The notes beneath the pieces were generated by a model. The model made no database searches. It was not told the origin of the DNA and worked only from the letters and a program-made list of their open reading frames with translations. The translations under genes and the position numbers were made by a program. A DNA stretch of 64,000 nucleotides from an uncultured Chloroflexia bacterium (GTDB lineage: Bacteria > Chloroflexota > Limnocylindria > Limnocylindrales > CSP1-4). Positions 27,980 through 38,073 of the stretch are shown one piece after another (within the stretch, counting starts at the first letter, position 1; every line of letters starts with the position of its first letter). The stretch covers positions 96,001 to 160,000 of the forward strand of contig CAVVCZ010000006.1 of assembly GCA_963746845.1 (NCBI GenBank), given 5' to 3'.

Positions 27980-28019
27980 CGTATCCTTGCTAGACCACGC
28001 TGACTCGAGGGACAGATCG

Positions 28020-28547
28020 ATGCCACATCCGTTCGCCCGCCTCTGGCGGGCCATGCCGGACGCGACCCGCCGGACCCGCAGGTTCTGGGTGATCCTCGCC
28101 TTCGTCGGCTACCCGCTGATGAACGTCGGGTACGCGACGCTCGTCGCGTCCGGCCGGATCTCCACGACGGTCTGGGCGCCGATCGCGATCCTCCTGTTCT
28201 CGGCGACTCTCGCCGGGGTCGTGGCCATCTACGGCTATGCCCGCGACCGGGCATCCATGGATGCCGATCTCGACGAACGCCAGCAGCGGGTCCGCGACCA
28301 GGCCTGGATCGCGGCATACGGTGTGCTGACGACCGTGGTCGTCGTGGTCACGCTGTGGCTCGTCGTCCTCGTCTCGTTCAACGGACCGGTCTCGATCGGG
28401 ATGGACGTCCTGACCCCGGTCGGGATCGCGCTCGGGCTGTACCTTCCGATCCTGCCCGCAGCGACGCTCGCATGGAGCGAGCCCGAGACCCTCCGCGACG
28501 AGCCGGACGTCGCCCGCCCGGCGGCCGACGGTTCGGCCGGCCGATGA
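28020..28547 (+). CDS. Membrane protein (DUF2178-like DER motif)
   Basis: 4 TM; LDERQQRVRDQA; GAGG RBS. Confidence 0.75.
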   Translation: MPHPFARLWRAMPDATRRTRRFWVILAFVGYPLMNVGYATLVASGRISTTVWAPIAILLFSATLAGVVAIYGYARDRASMDADLDERQQRVRDQAWIAAYGVLTTVVVVVTLWLVVLVSFNGPVSIGMDVLTPVGIALGLYLPILPAATLAWSEPETLRDEPDVARPAADGSAGR

Positions 28548-28825
28548 CCCGCCGGCCCGCGACGCCGATCCACAACCGGATCGCCGTGCTGCGCGCTGAA
28601 CGCGGCCTCTCCCGCCAGGACGTCGCCGACGCGCTCGGGATCAACTACCAGACCGTGGGCTACATCGAACGAGGGGAGTACAACCCGAGCCTCGACCTCG
28701 CCTTCGCGATCGCGGCGTTGTTCGGGCTCCCGCTCGAGGCGGTGTTCTCTGCGACGCCGTTCGAGCCGATGTCGGCCAGACTGTACCCACGCGTCGACCC
28801 CGCGGAGTCCGCCCGAAATGCTTGA
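28544..28825 (+). CDS. XRE-family HTH transcriptional regulator
   Basis: HNRIAVLRAERGLSRQDVADALGINYQTVGYIERGEYNPSL; ATGA overlap. Confidence 0.93.
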   Translation: MTRRPATPIHNRIAVLRAERGLSRQDVADALGINYQTVGYIERGEYNPSLDLAFAIAALFGLPLEAVFSATPFEPMSARLYPRVDPAESARNA

Positions 28826-29708
28826 GATCGCTGACCTGTCCAAGGCCTACGGCCCCGTCGTCGCCCTCGATCGGGCGACCTTCTCGGTGCGCCCCGGGCG
28901 GCTCGTCGGATTCCTGGGCCCGAACGGAGCCGGCAAGACGACGACGATGCGGTGCATCTTCGGGCTCGCGCAGCCGGATCGAGGGACGATCACCTGGCAG
29001 GGCCAGCCGATCGAACGAGCCGAGCGGCTGCGGTTCGGGTACATGCCCGAGCAGCGCGGTCTCTATCCGCGCATGAAGGTCGTCGACCAGCTCGCCTACT
29101 TCGCGGAGCTCCACGGCATGCCGGCACCCGGCGCCCGGGCCGCCGCAAGGCGCTGGCTCGACGGGCTCGAGCTCACCGACCGCGCCAGCTCCAAGCTCGA
29201 GACGCTGTCGCACGGCAACCAGCAGCGGGTCCAGCTTGGCGCGGCGCTCGTCCACGACCCGGAGCTGCTCGTCCTCGACGAGCCTTTCAGCGGCCTCGAT
29301 CCACTGGGGATCGAAACGATGTCGAACATCCTCCGGGCCCGCGCTGCCCAGGGCGTGGCGGTCGTCTTCTCGAGCCATCAGCTCGACCTCGTCGAGGACC
29401 TGTGCGAGGACGTCGTGATCATCAACCGCGGCCGAATCGCCGCCGCGGGCGCGATCGACGAGCTGCGGGCGGCGTCGACGCGGCGGCACCTCGAGGTCGA
29501 GGTCGAGGGCAACGCCAACCGCTGGCTCGAGCAGTGCCCGGAGCTGACGGTCGAGGAGACGCGAGCCGACTTCGCTCGGCTGGTCGTGCCGTCGGGGATC
29601 GACCTGGCCGGCGTCCTGGCGACCGCGTCGGCGGCTGGGCCGATCCGGCGGTTCGCCTATCAGCCGCCGACCCTGTCCGAGCTGTTCCTGGAGGTCGTGC
29701 GGGCATGA
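28818..29708 (+). CDS. ABC-2 type transporter ATP-binding protein
   Basis: GPNGAGKTT, LSHGNQQ, LVLDEPFSGLD, SSH. Confidence 0.95.
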   Translation: MLEIADLSKAYGPVVALDRATFSVRPGRLVGFLGPNGAGKTTTMRCIFGLAQPDRGTITWQGQPIERAERLRFGYMPEQRGLYPRMKVVDQLAYFAELHGMPAPGARAAARRWLDGLELTDRASSKLETLSHGNQQRVQLGAALVHDPELLVLDEPFSGLDPLGIETMSNILRARAAQGVAVVFSSHQLDLVEDLCEDVVIINRGRIAAAGAIDELRAASTRRHLEVEVEGNANRWLEQCPELTVEETRADFARLVVPSGIDLAGVLATASAAGPIRRFAYQPPTLSELFLEVVRA

Positions 29709-30838
29709 GCCGGTGGCGCACCATCTGGCTGGTCGGCAAGCGCGAGCTGATCGAGCGTGGGCGGAGCCGCGGCTTCGTGTTCGGGCTCGCGCTGTCCGTG
29801 GCGATCATCGTCGCGGGCGTGATCCTGCCGTCGCTGATCGGCGACAAGTCGACCCAGCATCTCGGGATCGTCGGGTCCCCGCCGGCCGGCTTGACGGACA
29901 CGCTCCAGCAGACCGCCGGGGTCGTCTCGCTCGACGTGCGGATCGAGCCGGTCCCGGACGTCGCCGTCGGAGAGGGCAAGCTCCGCGACGGCTCGCTCGA
30001 CGCGGTCCTCGTCATCCCGCCCGACGGCTCGACGCCGTCGTATGTCGTCAAGACCCGCGGCGACCCGTTGCTCCAGCAAGTGGTGGCGGCCGCGTTCACG
30101 ACGCCGCCGCAGGTCGCGTTCCGCGAGCTGGAGCCGAGCGACCCGAACCACGACACGTCGTTCGTGTTCGCCAACATCGGCGTCATCCTGCTGTTCATCT
30201 CGATCTTCACGTTCGGGACCTGGGTCCTGACCGGGGTCGTCGAGGAGAAGCAGAGCCGCGTCGTCGAGGTCGTGCTGTCCACGGTCCCACCGCGCGACCT
30301 GCTGATCGGGAAGGTCGGCGGGATCGGGCTGCTCGGGATCCTCCAGCTGATCGTGATGGTCGGGGTCGGGGTCGGGGTCGGCGTTGCGCTGCACCGGTTC
30401 ACCCTGCCCACGACGACCCCGTCGGCGATCGCGATGCTCCTGCTCTGGTTCGTCCTGGGCTACGCCTTCTACGCGACCGCCCTCGCGGTCCTCGGGGCGC
30501 TCGCCTCACGCATGGAGGAGGCATCGAACGCCTCGAGCCCGGTGTCGTTCCTCGCGGTGGCCGCCTACCTGTTCGCGCTGTTCGTCGCGCTGAACAACCC
30601 GTCAGGCGCGGCCGCGACGATCGCGACGTTCCTGCCACCGGTCGCGCCGATGGTGGTGCCGCTTCGGGCGGCGCTCGGGGCGATCGAGCCGTGGGAGGTC
30701 GTCTTGTCGGTGATCATCATGCTGATCGCGATCTGGGCGCTGTTCGTCGCCGGCGGCCGGATCTACTCGGGCGCGGTGCTGCAGACAGGCGCCCGGATGC
30801 GTCTGCGCGACGCCTGGCGCGCGTCCGGCCGCGGCTGA
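29705..30838 (+). CDS. ABC-2 transporter permease (NatB/YhaP-like)
   Basis: VVEEKQSRVVEVVLS..LLIGKV motif; TM pattern; ATGA overlap. Confidence 0.92.
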   Translation: MSRWRTIWLVGKRELIERGRSRGFVFGLALSVAIIVAGVILPSLIGDKSTQHLGIVGSPPAGLTDTLQQTAGVVSLDVRIEPVPDVAVGEGKLRDGSLDAVLVIPPDGSTPSYVVKTRGDPLLQQVVAAAFTTPPQVAFRELEPSDPNHDTSFVFANIGVILLFISIFTFGTWVLTGVVEEKQSRVVEVVLSTVPPRDLLIGKVGGIGLLGILQLIVMVGVGVGVGVALHRFTLPTTTPSAIAMLLLWFVLGYAFYATALAVLGALASRMEEASNASSPVSFLAVAAYLFALFVALNNPSGAAATIATFLPPVAPMVVPLRAALGAIEPWEVVLSVIIMLIAIWALFVAGGRIYSGAVLQTGARMRLRDAWRASGRG

Positions 30839-30862
30839 CGGGGCGCCCCGCGCCGCGGCGGG

Positions 30863-31852
30863 CTAGGTCATCCGCTCGAACAGGCCGGGCCCGCCCCCGG
30901 CATGCCAGAACACCACGGGGCCCTCGAGGCGTCCGTCGCGGACCCGCGCGACGAGACCCGCCAGGGCCTTCGCCGTGTAGATCGGGTCGACGAAGATCCC
31001 CTCGGTCCGTGCGAGGAGCCGGGTGGCCTCGTCGGCCGCCTCGGTCGGTCGGCCGTAGCCCTCGCCGAGCTGGTCGTCTTCGAGGATGACGGCGTCCGGC
31101 GCGACGGTCGCGCCGGCGAGCGGTGCGAGCCCGTCCAGGAGCGCCAGGATCGTTGGCCTGAGCTCGGCGGACGGCGCCGCGACGGCGATCCCGAGCACCG
31201 TCCGCGCCGGGGGCGCCGCGAGGGCCAGACCGGTGGCCACGCCGGCGTGGGTCCCGCCGGTGGCCGACGGCAGGACGACCGTCGCCGCGGCGATCCCGGC
31301 GGCCGCCAGCTGGTCCGCGAGCTCGAGACCGGCGAGGACCTGACCCGCCGCGCCCATCGGACCCGTCCCGCCGACGCCGATCACGAACGGCCGCCGTCCG
31401 TCGGCCCGCAGCGCCGCCGCGAGCCGATCCACGGTCGCGGCACGGTCGGCGCGATCGTCGGTCGCGGTGACGTGGATCGTCGCACCGAGGAGCTCGTCGA
31501 GCCGCTGGTTCGGGCCCTCCGTGCCGGGCGCGGGCGGCGGGCCGGTGAGGACGAGATGGACGTCGAGCCCGGCCCGGGCGCCGGCCGCGGTCGTGAGCCG
31601 GCAGTGGTTCGACCAGCGGCGCCCGGACGTGATCAGCGTGTCCGCCCCCTCCGCCAGCGCGGCGCCGACGAGGAACTCGAGGTTCCGGAGCTTGTTCCCG
31701 CCGAACGCGAGCGGCAGGAGGTCCTCCCGCTTGATCCAGACCTCGGCCCCGCCGCCGAGGGCGGACGAGAGCCGGCGCAGCGGCGTCAGGGGCGACGGCC
31801 CGTCGAGCAGGGCGAACCGCGGCAGGGCGGCGATCGCGGGCGGGATGACCAT
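30863..31852 (-). CDS. D-cysteine desulfhydrase/ACC deaminase family PLP enzyme
   Basis: WIKREDL..FGGNKLRNL, SNHCR, ATGGT, DPIYTAKA. Confidence 0.92.
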   Translation of the reverse strand: MVIPPAIAALPRFALLDGPSPLTPLRRLSSALGGGAEVWIKREDLLPLAFGGNKLRNLEFLVGAALAEGADTLITSGRRWSNHCRLTTAAGARAGLDVHLVLTGPPPAPGTEGPNQRLDELLGATIHVTATDDRADRAATVDRLAAALRADGRRPFVIGVGGTGPMGAAGQVLAGLELADQLAAAGIAAATVVLPSATGGTHAGVATGLALAAPPARTVLGIAVAAPSAELRPTILALLDGLAPLAGATVAPDAVILEDDQLGEGYGRPTEAADEATRLLARTEGIFVDPIYTAKALAGLVARVRDGRLEGPVVFWHAGGGPGLFERMT

Positions 31853-31887
31853 CCGCCGATCGTAGCCGGTGCTAGGCTCGCGGGACC

Positions 31888-33105
31888 GTGAGCGATCCCA
31901 TCCACCGGGTCCTGTACCGCGACGCCGCGCTCGCCGACGGACGGAGCGACCGGCTGCAGGTCGGCGTCAGCATCCTCGTCGAGGGTGACCGGATCGCGTG
32001 GATCCGGCCGACGGACGGTGAGGAGGATCCGGGCGGCCCGGTCCGGGTCGTCGATGCCGGCGGGGCGACGATCGTGCCCGGGATGGTCGACGCGCACAGC
32101 CACCTGACCCTCCCGGGTGGGTCGCACTGGATCGACCGGATCGAGGACACCCCGGAACGGCTCGTCGAGACGGCCGCTCGCAACGCTGCGCTGCTGACGT
32201 CCGCCGGCGTCCGGTGGGCACGCGACGTCGGCGCGCCGCCGGGCGTCGATCCGGTCGACGGGCGGCAGCGGGCGCTGAGCCTCGGCGTCCGCGACCGGGC
32301 GCGCGGTCGCGCGGGCTGGCCGCACATCGTCGCGGCCGGGACGTGGATCGGCGGGCCCGGCTCGCTCGGCGAGTTCGGTGTGGAGGTCGCCGGAGGCGAC
32401 GAGCTCGTGGCAGCCGGCCTGGCCCAGCTCGACGACGGCGCGGACTTCATCAAGCTCTATCTCGACGGCGAGGACCGGAGGGTCTGCCCGTGGTCGATCG
32501 ACGAGATCGCCCGGGTCGTGGCGGCCGTCCATGCTCGGGGCGGGCGGGTCACGGCACACTCGACAGCGCTCGCCGGGGCGCGCGCAGGGGTGGCGGGCGG
32601 GGTCGACGCCATCGAGCACGGCGACGAGCTGGACGCCGACGTGGCGGCCGAGATGGCGCGGCGCGGGACGTTCCTCGTGTCGACCCTCGCGGTGTACCGG
32701 TCGTGGGCGACGTTCGGAACGACGACGCGCATCGAGGGGTTCACCGCCCAGGACCGGCGGGCCGCGCTCACGCCGCGCCGCGAGAAGGCGGAGGCATCGA
32801 CCCTGCTCGCCCACCAGGCCGGCGTCCGGATCGCGACCGGGACCGACTTCGGGGGCGGCTCGCTCCGGGCGAACCAGCTCGCGTGGGAGGTCGAGGCGCT
32901 GGTCGGTGCGGGCCTGACGCCGTGGGAGGCTCTCGGCGCCGCGACCTGGCGCGGCGGGGAGCTGCTCGGCGAGACGGATGCGGGTGCGCTCCGGGAGGGC
33001 GGACCGGCCGATTTCATCCTCGTCCACGGCGATCCCCTGTCGGATCCGGCCTCGCTCTGGCGCGTCTGGCGAGTCTCGTGGGCGCCGGACCCCGTCGTCG
33101 TCTAG
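31888..33105 (+). CDS. Amidohydrolase family protein
   Basis: PGMVDAHSH, ADFIK, VTAH, IEHG, GTDFG, ADFILV. Confidence 0.92.
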   Translation: MSDPIHRVLYRDAALADGRSDRLQVGVSILVEGDRIAWIRPTDGEEDPGGPVRVVDAGGATIVPGMVDAHSHLTLPGGSHWIDRIEDTPERLVETAARNAALLTSAGVRWARDVGAPPGVDPVDGRQRALSLGVRDRARGRAGWPHIVAAGTWIGGPGSLGEFGVEVAGGDELVAAGLAQLDDGADFIKLYLDGEDRRVCPWSIDEIARVVAAVHARGGRVTAHSTALAGARAGVAGGVDAIEHGDELDADVAAEMARRGTFLVSTLAVYRSWATFGTTTRIEGFTAQDRRAALTPRREKAEASTLLAHQAGVRIATGTDFGGGSLRANQLAWEVEALVGAGLTPWEALGAATWRGGELLGETDAGALREGGPADFILVHGDPLSDPASLWRVWRVSWAPDPVVV

Positions 33106-33119
33106 GAAACGGAGGTTCG

Positions 33120-33503
33120 ATGGCTACCCGGATCCGCCCCGAGGAACGGTCGACCTCGAGCGGCCAGAACGCCGACATGGAGCGCTCGATCGCGATCAGC
33201 GCCGAGCGGGTGGGCTCCGTCGGGCTGTACTCGTCCGTCGTCACGACCGCCCCGGGCGCGCGGACGCGGGTCCACCATCACGGCGAGTGCGAGACGTCGA
33301 TCTGGATCGCGTCCGGGGCCGCGCGGTACACGTTCGGGCCGACGGGCCTGGAGGAGACGTTCGACGCCGGCCCAGGCGACTTCGTGTACATCCCCGCCGG
33401 GGAGATCCACGTCGAGGAGAACGCGTCGGACACGGAGCCGCTCGTCGTGGTGATCACCCGGAACTGCCCGGGCTCGGTCGTCCACTACCTCGACGAGGGA
33501 TGA
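33120..33503 (+). CDS. Cupin domain protein
   Basis: HHHGECE..GDFVYIPAGEIHVEEN; GGAGG RBS. Confidence 0.9.
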   Translation: MATRIRPEERSTSSGQNADMERSIAISAERVGSVGLYSSVVTTAPGARTRVHHHGECETSIWIASGAARYTFGPTGLEETFDAGPGDFVYIPAGEIHVEENASDTEPLVVVITRNCPGSVVHYLDEG

Positions 33504-34651
33504 GCCCGGGCTGGCGCGACCGGCCGGTCGCCGACCTCCTCGAGGAGCTCGGGCTGACGGGTCTGCCCGAGCATGAGTTCCCGACGGACGGCTGGTCGGG
33601 GGCGGCGTTCTCGATGATCGAGCGCCCGGGTGACGCGAGCCGTCCGCCCGAGCGCTTCGTCCTGAAGCGGACGTCCGCGTCGATCGACTGGATCGCCGCC
33701 GCGACGAACGACGGCTCGCTGCGGGAGGCCTGCCTGGCGTCCTCGGATCGGCGTCGCGCCGATGGGTTGCTCGGACGGACGCTCCCGTATCTCGGGGCCG
33801 CTGCCGACCCGGATGGATCGGCCGTCATCGTCATGCCGGACCTGTCGTTGGAGCTCCTCGCCTGGGAGCGACCGGCACACGATCGTGGCGACATCGACAT
33901 CGCGGTGGTCGACCGGACGCTCGATCGGCTGGCGTCGCTGCACGCGAATCCGTGGCCGTATCTCGTCGATCCCGCCGCATTCGAGACGCCGGATCGCCCG
34001 TCGTTCCCGTGGTGCCCGCTACCGGAGCGGCTGACGCTGACCGCGCGGCCGACCTGCCTCCGGCACATCGAGCGTGGGATCCCGGCGGGCGTGGAGTCCG
34101 CGGGCAAGCTGCTGGCCGGCTGGGATGCGTTCGATCGCGTCGCGCCGCCAGCGGCCCGCGACCTGATCGCGTCACTCGGGGCCGACCCGGGTCCCCTGGT
34201 CGACGCGCTCGCCCGACTGCCGGCCGTCGGGCTCCACGGGGACCTGAAGCTCGCGAACGTCGCGATCGGTCCGGGAGCGGACGAGGTCCGGTTCATCGAC
34301 TGGCAGATGACGATCCAGTCACCGATCGCCGTCGAGCTCGGCTGGTTCCTGGTCACGAACAGCGCGTCCCTGCCCGAGCCGCCGGTGGCGATCCTCGAGC
34401 GGTACCGGACGTCGCTGACCTGGTTCCTCGGGCGGATCGGCTACGGCGACCGGCGGTACGACCACGACACCGTCGTCGGCGACTGGGACGCCCAGGTCGA
34501 TCTGGCACGGATCATCGGACTGTTGCTACGGGGCTGGCGCAAGGGCCTCGATGCGGAGAGCGGGGCGACGCTCGGCTCGGGAGTCAGCGGGGTGGACGAC
34601 CTTGCCGAATGGTGCTCAACGGCGGTCGAGGCGGCGGCGCGCCGACTCTGA
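33500..34651 (+). CDS. Aminoglycoside phosphotransferase/choline kinase-like protein
   Basis: FVLKR, LHGDLKLANV, FIDWQ; ATGA overlap. Confidence 0.85.
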   Translation: MSPGWRDRPVADLLEELGLTGLPEHEFPTDGWSGAAFSMIERPGDASRPPERFVLKRTSASIDWIAAATNDGSLREACLASSDRRRADGLLGRTLPYLGAAADPDGSAVIVMPDLSLELLAWERPAHDRGDIDIAVVDRTLDRLASLHANPWPYLVDPAAFETPDRPSFPWCPLPERLTLTARPTCLRHIERGIPAGVESAGKLLAGWDAFDRVAPPAARDLIASLGADPGPLVDALARLPAVGLHGDLKLANVAIGPGADEVRFIDWQMTIQSPIAVELGWFLVTNSASLPEPPVAILERYRTSLTWFLGRIGYGDRRYDHDTVVGDWDAQVDLARIIGLLLRGWRKGLDAESGATLGSGVSGVDDLAEWCSTAVEAAARRL

Positions 34652-34692
34652 CGGTTCTGGCCTGCCGGGTCGACGCCCGACATGTCGGCGGA

Positions 34693-35496
34693 TCAGCTCG
34701 GGGCGGCGAGGTCCCGGCGCGGGAAGACGACCAGCGCCCAGCCGATCGCGATCGCCGCGACCACGGCGAGGAGGGCGAACCCGGCCACGTTCACGGTGCC
34801 GGCGAGGACGTCGGCGGCCGCCAGGTAGTGGAACAGCGAGTACCGCTGGAGCCCGGCCGCATCCGGCCACAGCGAGCCGAGGATCTGGATGAAGTACGAC
34901 ACGACGACGATCGCGACCGTGGCGCCGACCGCGGGCGTCAACCGGTCGAACGAGACCGACGCCGCCAGCCCGATCGCTCCGATCGCTCCCCAGAGCAGGA
35001 GGCCGTTCAGCCAGAGGAGCGGCAGACGGTCGATCGTCAGCTCGTCGAGCACGCCCGCGAGCGCCGAGCCGATCATCGTGCCCACGATCGACGCGGCCAG
35101 GATGATCGCTAGGAACAGGAGCAGCGAGACGAGCAGGGTCGTGTAGAGCACCCGGCGCGAGACCGGTCGGGCGAGCACGACCTCCAGCGTCCCCCGCTGC
35201 CGCTCTCCGGCCACGGCCGTCGTGGAGAACCCGACCGCGAAGATCGCGACGAGGACGATCGCGATCGGGTGGATGTAGCCGAGCGCGATCGACCCGCCGA
35301 GCGAGAACGGGTCGCCGCCGCCGAAGTTCATCAGCTGCCGCGGGATGATCCCCGAGTCGACGATCTGCTTGACCTGCTGACCGAACGACCCGTAGATGAT
35401 CGGCAGGAACACGCTCCAGACCGCGATGGCGATCGCGACGATCAGCAGCTTCGTCCGTTGCGACCGGAGGACGTGTCGGAACAGGGCGACATTCAT
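34693..35496 (-). CDS. ABC-2 transporter permease
   Basis: AVAGERQRGTLEVVLARPVSR; 6 TM. Confidence 0.9.
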   Translation of the reverse strand: MNVALFRHVLRSQRTKLLIVAIAIAVWSVFLPIIYGSFGQQVKQIVDSGIIPRQLMNFGGGDPFSLGGSIALGYIHPIAIVLVAIFAVGFSTTAVAGERQRGTLEVVLARPVSRRVLYTTLLVSLLLFLAIILAASIVGTMIGSALAGVLDELTIDRLPLLWLNGLLLWGAIGAIGLAASVSFDRLTPAVGATVAIVVVSYFIQILGSLWPDAAGLQRYSLFHYLAAADVLAGTVNVAGFALLAVVAAIAIGWALVVFPRRDLAAPS

Positions 35497-36476
35497 GCGA
35501 CCGACTCCGCCGGCTCGGCGAGGGACGGGTCGTCGTCCGGCTCGACGTCCTCGTACAGCTCGAGGAACGCCTCCTCGAGATGCGCCGGCTCGATCGTCAG
35601 GTCCGTGATCGGGAACCCGGCGATCGCTGCGAGGAACGGCCCGACATCACCCTCGAGCTGGCACGTCACCCGGCCGTCGGCCGCGCGGCCGACCGCGCTG
35701 ACGCCGGCGACGCCGGCCAGGGTCGGGACCGCGTCGCCCGTGATCCGCATCTCCACGTTCCGCTTCCGGTGCTCGAGCAGGCTCCCGACGTCCTGGAGCG
35801 CGACGAGCCGGCCGCGCCGGACGATCGCGACCCGATCGCACACTCGCTCGACCTCGGACAGGATGTGGGACGAGAAGAAGATCGTCCGGCCGGCCGCCCG
35901 CAGCTCGTCGAGGATGTCGTAGAAGGCCCGCTGCATGAGCGGGTCGAGGCCCTCGGTCGGCTCGTCGAGGATCGCGAGCTCCGGGTCGTGCTGGAGCGCC
36001 TGGATGATCCCCATCTTCTGGCGCATCCCGCGCGAGTAGTCGCGGACCGGTCGCGCGAGCGTCCGCGCCGACATCTCGAGCCGGTCGAGGAGCTCGGTCC
36101 GGCGCGTCGGCTGCCGGCCGGTCAGGTGCCCGAGGTAGTCGAGCAGCCGCTCGCCGGTCAGCGAGTCGTACAGGGCGATGCCGCCCGGCAGATAGCCCAC
36201 GCGTCGGCGGATCTCGACGCTGTCATGGACGATGTCCCGGCCGAGGACCGTCGCGCCCCCGGCGCTCGGATGGAGATAGCCGAGCAGCAGCCGGATCGTC
36301 GTGGACTTGCCGGCCCCGTTCGGGCCGAGGAACCCGAAGATCTCGCCCTCGCGCACGGCGATCGAGAGGTCGTCCAGGGCGAGGATCTCCCCGGTCGACC
36401 GGTGGCCGGGTCGGTGGATCGGCGGCTCGCGGTGGCCGTAGCGCTTCGTCAGGGCCGTCGTCGTCAGCGCGTCCAT
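35493..36476 (-). CDS. ABC transporter ATP-binding protein
   Basis: GPNGAGKST, YSRGMRQ, ILDEPTEGLD. Confidence 0.95.
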   Translation of the reverse strand: MDALTTTALTKRYGHREPPIHRPGHRSTGEILALDDLSIAVREGEIFGFLGPNGAGKSTTIRLLLGYLHPSAGGATVLGRDIVHDSVEIRRRVGYLPGGIALYDSLTGERLLDYLGHLTGRQPTRRTELLDRLEMSARTLARPVRDYSRGMRQKMGIIQALQHDPELAILDEPTEGLDPLMQRAFYDILDELRAAGRTIFFSSHILSEVERVCDRVAIVRRGRLVALQDVGSLLEHRKRNVEMRITGDAVPTLAGVAGVSAVGRAADGRVTCQLEGDVGPFLAAIAGFPITDLTIEPAHLEEAFLELYEDVEPDDDPSLAEPAESVA

Positions 36477-36555
36477 CCGGGCCGAAGGCTACACGAACCG
36501 GGTCGTCGCGACCCGTAGACTCGGAGACGAGCAACCCACGATCAGGAGGCACCCT

Positions 36556-36933
36556 ATGCCGAAGACCATCCCATCGCTCCCAGGGCCCCCGAGCGAGCTG
36601 CCCTTCTCGAAGGTCGTTGAGGCCAACGGCTTCGTGTTCCTGGCCGGCCAGGTCGGCGACATGCCGGACACCCGTGGCGTGGTCCCGGGTGGGATCGAGC
36701 CAGAGACGCGAGCCACGCTCGACAACATCGGCCGCTTGCTCCGGGCGGTCGGGCTCGACTACGCCGACGTCGTGAAGTGCACGGTCTATCTGACCGACTT
36801 CGACGACTTCGTCCCGATGAACGCGGTGTACCGCGAGTACTTCCCGAAGGACATGCCGACCCGTGCGACGGTCGTGGTCACCCGCCTCGCGCTCGGCGCG
36901 CGGGTCGAGATCGAGGCGATGGCCGCGCGATAG
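36556..36933 (+). CDS. RidA/YjgF family protein
   Basis: FLAGQVG, VVKCTVYL, MNAVY..PTRATV..VEIEA; AGGAGG RBS. Confidence 0.93.
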   Translation: MPKTIPSLPGPPSELPFSKVVEANGFVFLAGQVGDMPDTRGVVPGGIEPETRATLDNIGRLLRAVGLDYADVVKCTVYLTDFDDFVPMNAVYREYFPKDMPTRATVVVTRLALGARVEIEAMAAR

Positions 36934-36947
36934 GCCCGGACAGCGCA

Positions 36948-36979
36948 ACGCCCGCCCCGGCACTCGCCGGGGCGGGCGT
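36948..36979. terminator. Bidirectional terminator hairpin
   Basis: ACGCCCGCCCCGGC-ACTC-GCCGGGGCGGGCGT between convergent genes. Confidence 0.75.
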
Positions 36980-36999
36980 CGACACGCCTGGGGGCGAGG

Positions 37000-37866
37000 T
37001 CAGGTCCCGACGATCAGCTCGTCGATCGCGACGGGCCGGCCCGTGCTCGAGACCGAGATCCGGATCGTGTGCTGGCCGCCGGCCGGGAAGGCCTTCGAGA
37101 ACAGCAGGGTCCGGGCATGGAAGGTCGACTTCTTGAGGTTGATCGCGGCCACGAACTTCCCGTCGATGTAGACACGTGCGGTGCCGCGGGTCGGGCCGAC
37201 TGGTCCGATCCAGGCAATCCCCGCTCCGGTGAAGGTCAGCGTCGCCGACGCCCCGACCTTCGTCGCGTACTTGACCTGGCGACCGGAGTACGCCGAGTAG
37301 CGCGCGGTCGCCCAGCCGCCCCGGTAGACGATGGCCGCCGCCGTCTCGCCGAGACGGGTGTCCTTCGCGTCCAGCCATCGGATCGACCGCGCGGCCGCCG
37401 AGGCGCTGCGGATGCCGGGCCCGGCCTTCATCACCGCCATGACCCGGTTCACGTAGGTCCGGGAGAAGGATGACCAGAGGGATGAGTTGCGCTCCCCGGA
37501 TCCGGTCAGCCACCAGTGGGCGACGGCCGGCCACGAGTCGAGCCAGACGTACAGCGCCGTGACCTTGCGGTGGGCCACGATCTCCTGGTTCGCCGGGGTC
37601 TGCGGGGCGGTCGAGCTGCCGAGGTAGGACTTCGCCCAGGCGGCCCAGTTGCTCGGGATGATCTGGTACTTCCCGTAGGCGCCGCTCGTCGGGTTGCGGG
37701 CGTCATACCGTCCGCCGGTCTCGACCTGACCGAGTGCGTCGAGGAAATTCTCGAGTCCTGCCGGCGGGGTGGCGGTGTTGGCCACGGCGGGGACGATCGA
37801 GACGAGCAGGACCGCGGTCAGGAATGCCGCAGGGACCGCACGACGGCGGCCGTTCGCTTCTGGCAA
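37000..37866 (-). CDS. Secreted lysozyme-like/lytic transglycosylase with C-terminal beta-sandwich domain
   Basis: Signal peptide; VETGGRY..SGAYGKYQI..W..PANQE; C-terminal VYIDGK..HTIRI; AAGGAG RBS with TTG start. Confidence 0.82.
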   Translation of the reverse strand: MPEANGRRRAVPAAFLTAVLLVSIVPAVANTATPPAGLENFLDALGQVETGGRYDARNPTSGAYGKYQIIPSNWAAWAKSYLGSSTAPQTPANQEIVAHRKVTALYVWLDSWPAVAHWWLTGSGERNSSLWSSFSRTYVNRVMAVMKAGPGIRSASAAARSIRWLDAKDTRLGETAAAIVYRGGWATARYSAYSGRQVKYATKVGASATLTFTGAGIAWIGPVGPTRGTARVYIDGKFVAAINLKKSTFHARTLLFSKAFPAGGQHTIRISVSSTGRPVAIDELIVGT

Positions 37867-37983
37867 TGGTGCTCCTTCCTACCGGGACGGCACGGTGAGC
37901 GTGCCGGCGATGGGATGCGGAAGCGCGGGGGTTCCGACCCAGCATACGGGCCCTGTCCACCCCGGACTGCACCGGACCCCACC

Positions 37984-38033
37984 TCGCGATCACCCGGCGC
38001 TCACATCGCGATCACCCGGCGCTCACCCGGCGC
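37984..38033. repeat. Tandem direct repeat (21-mer x2; TCAC x4 at 11-bp period)
   Basis: TCGCGATCACCCGGCGCTCAC at 37984 and 38006; TCAC at 37990, 38001, 38012 and 38023. Confidence 0.85.
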
Positions 38034-38073
38034 GCGGCACGCCCGGGAGGCGTCCCGGGCTTCGCGTCAGTGG

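Noticed and set aside
37984-38033. CRISPR-like repeat
   Set aside because: There are only two adjacent 21-mers, no unique spacers and no cas genes.
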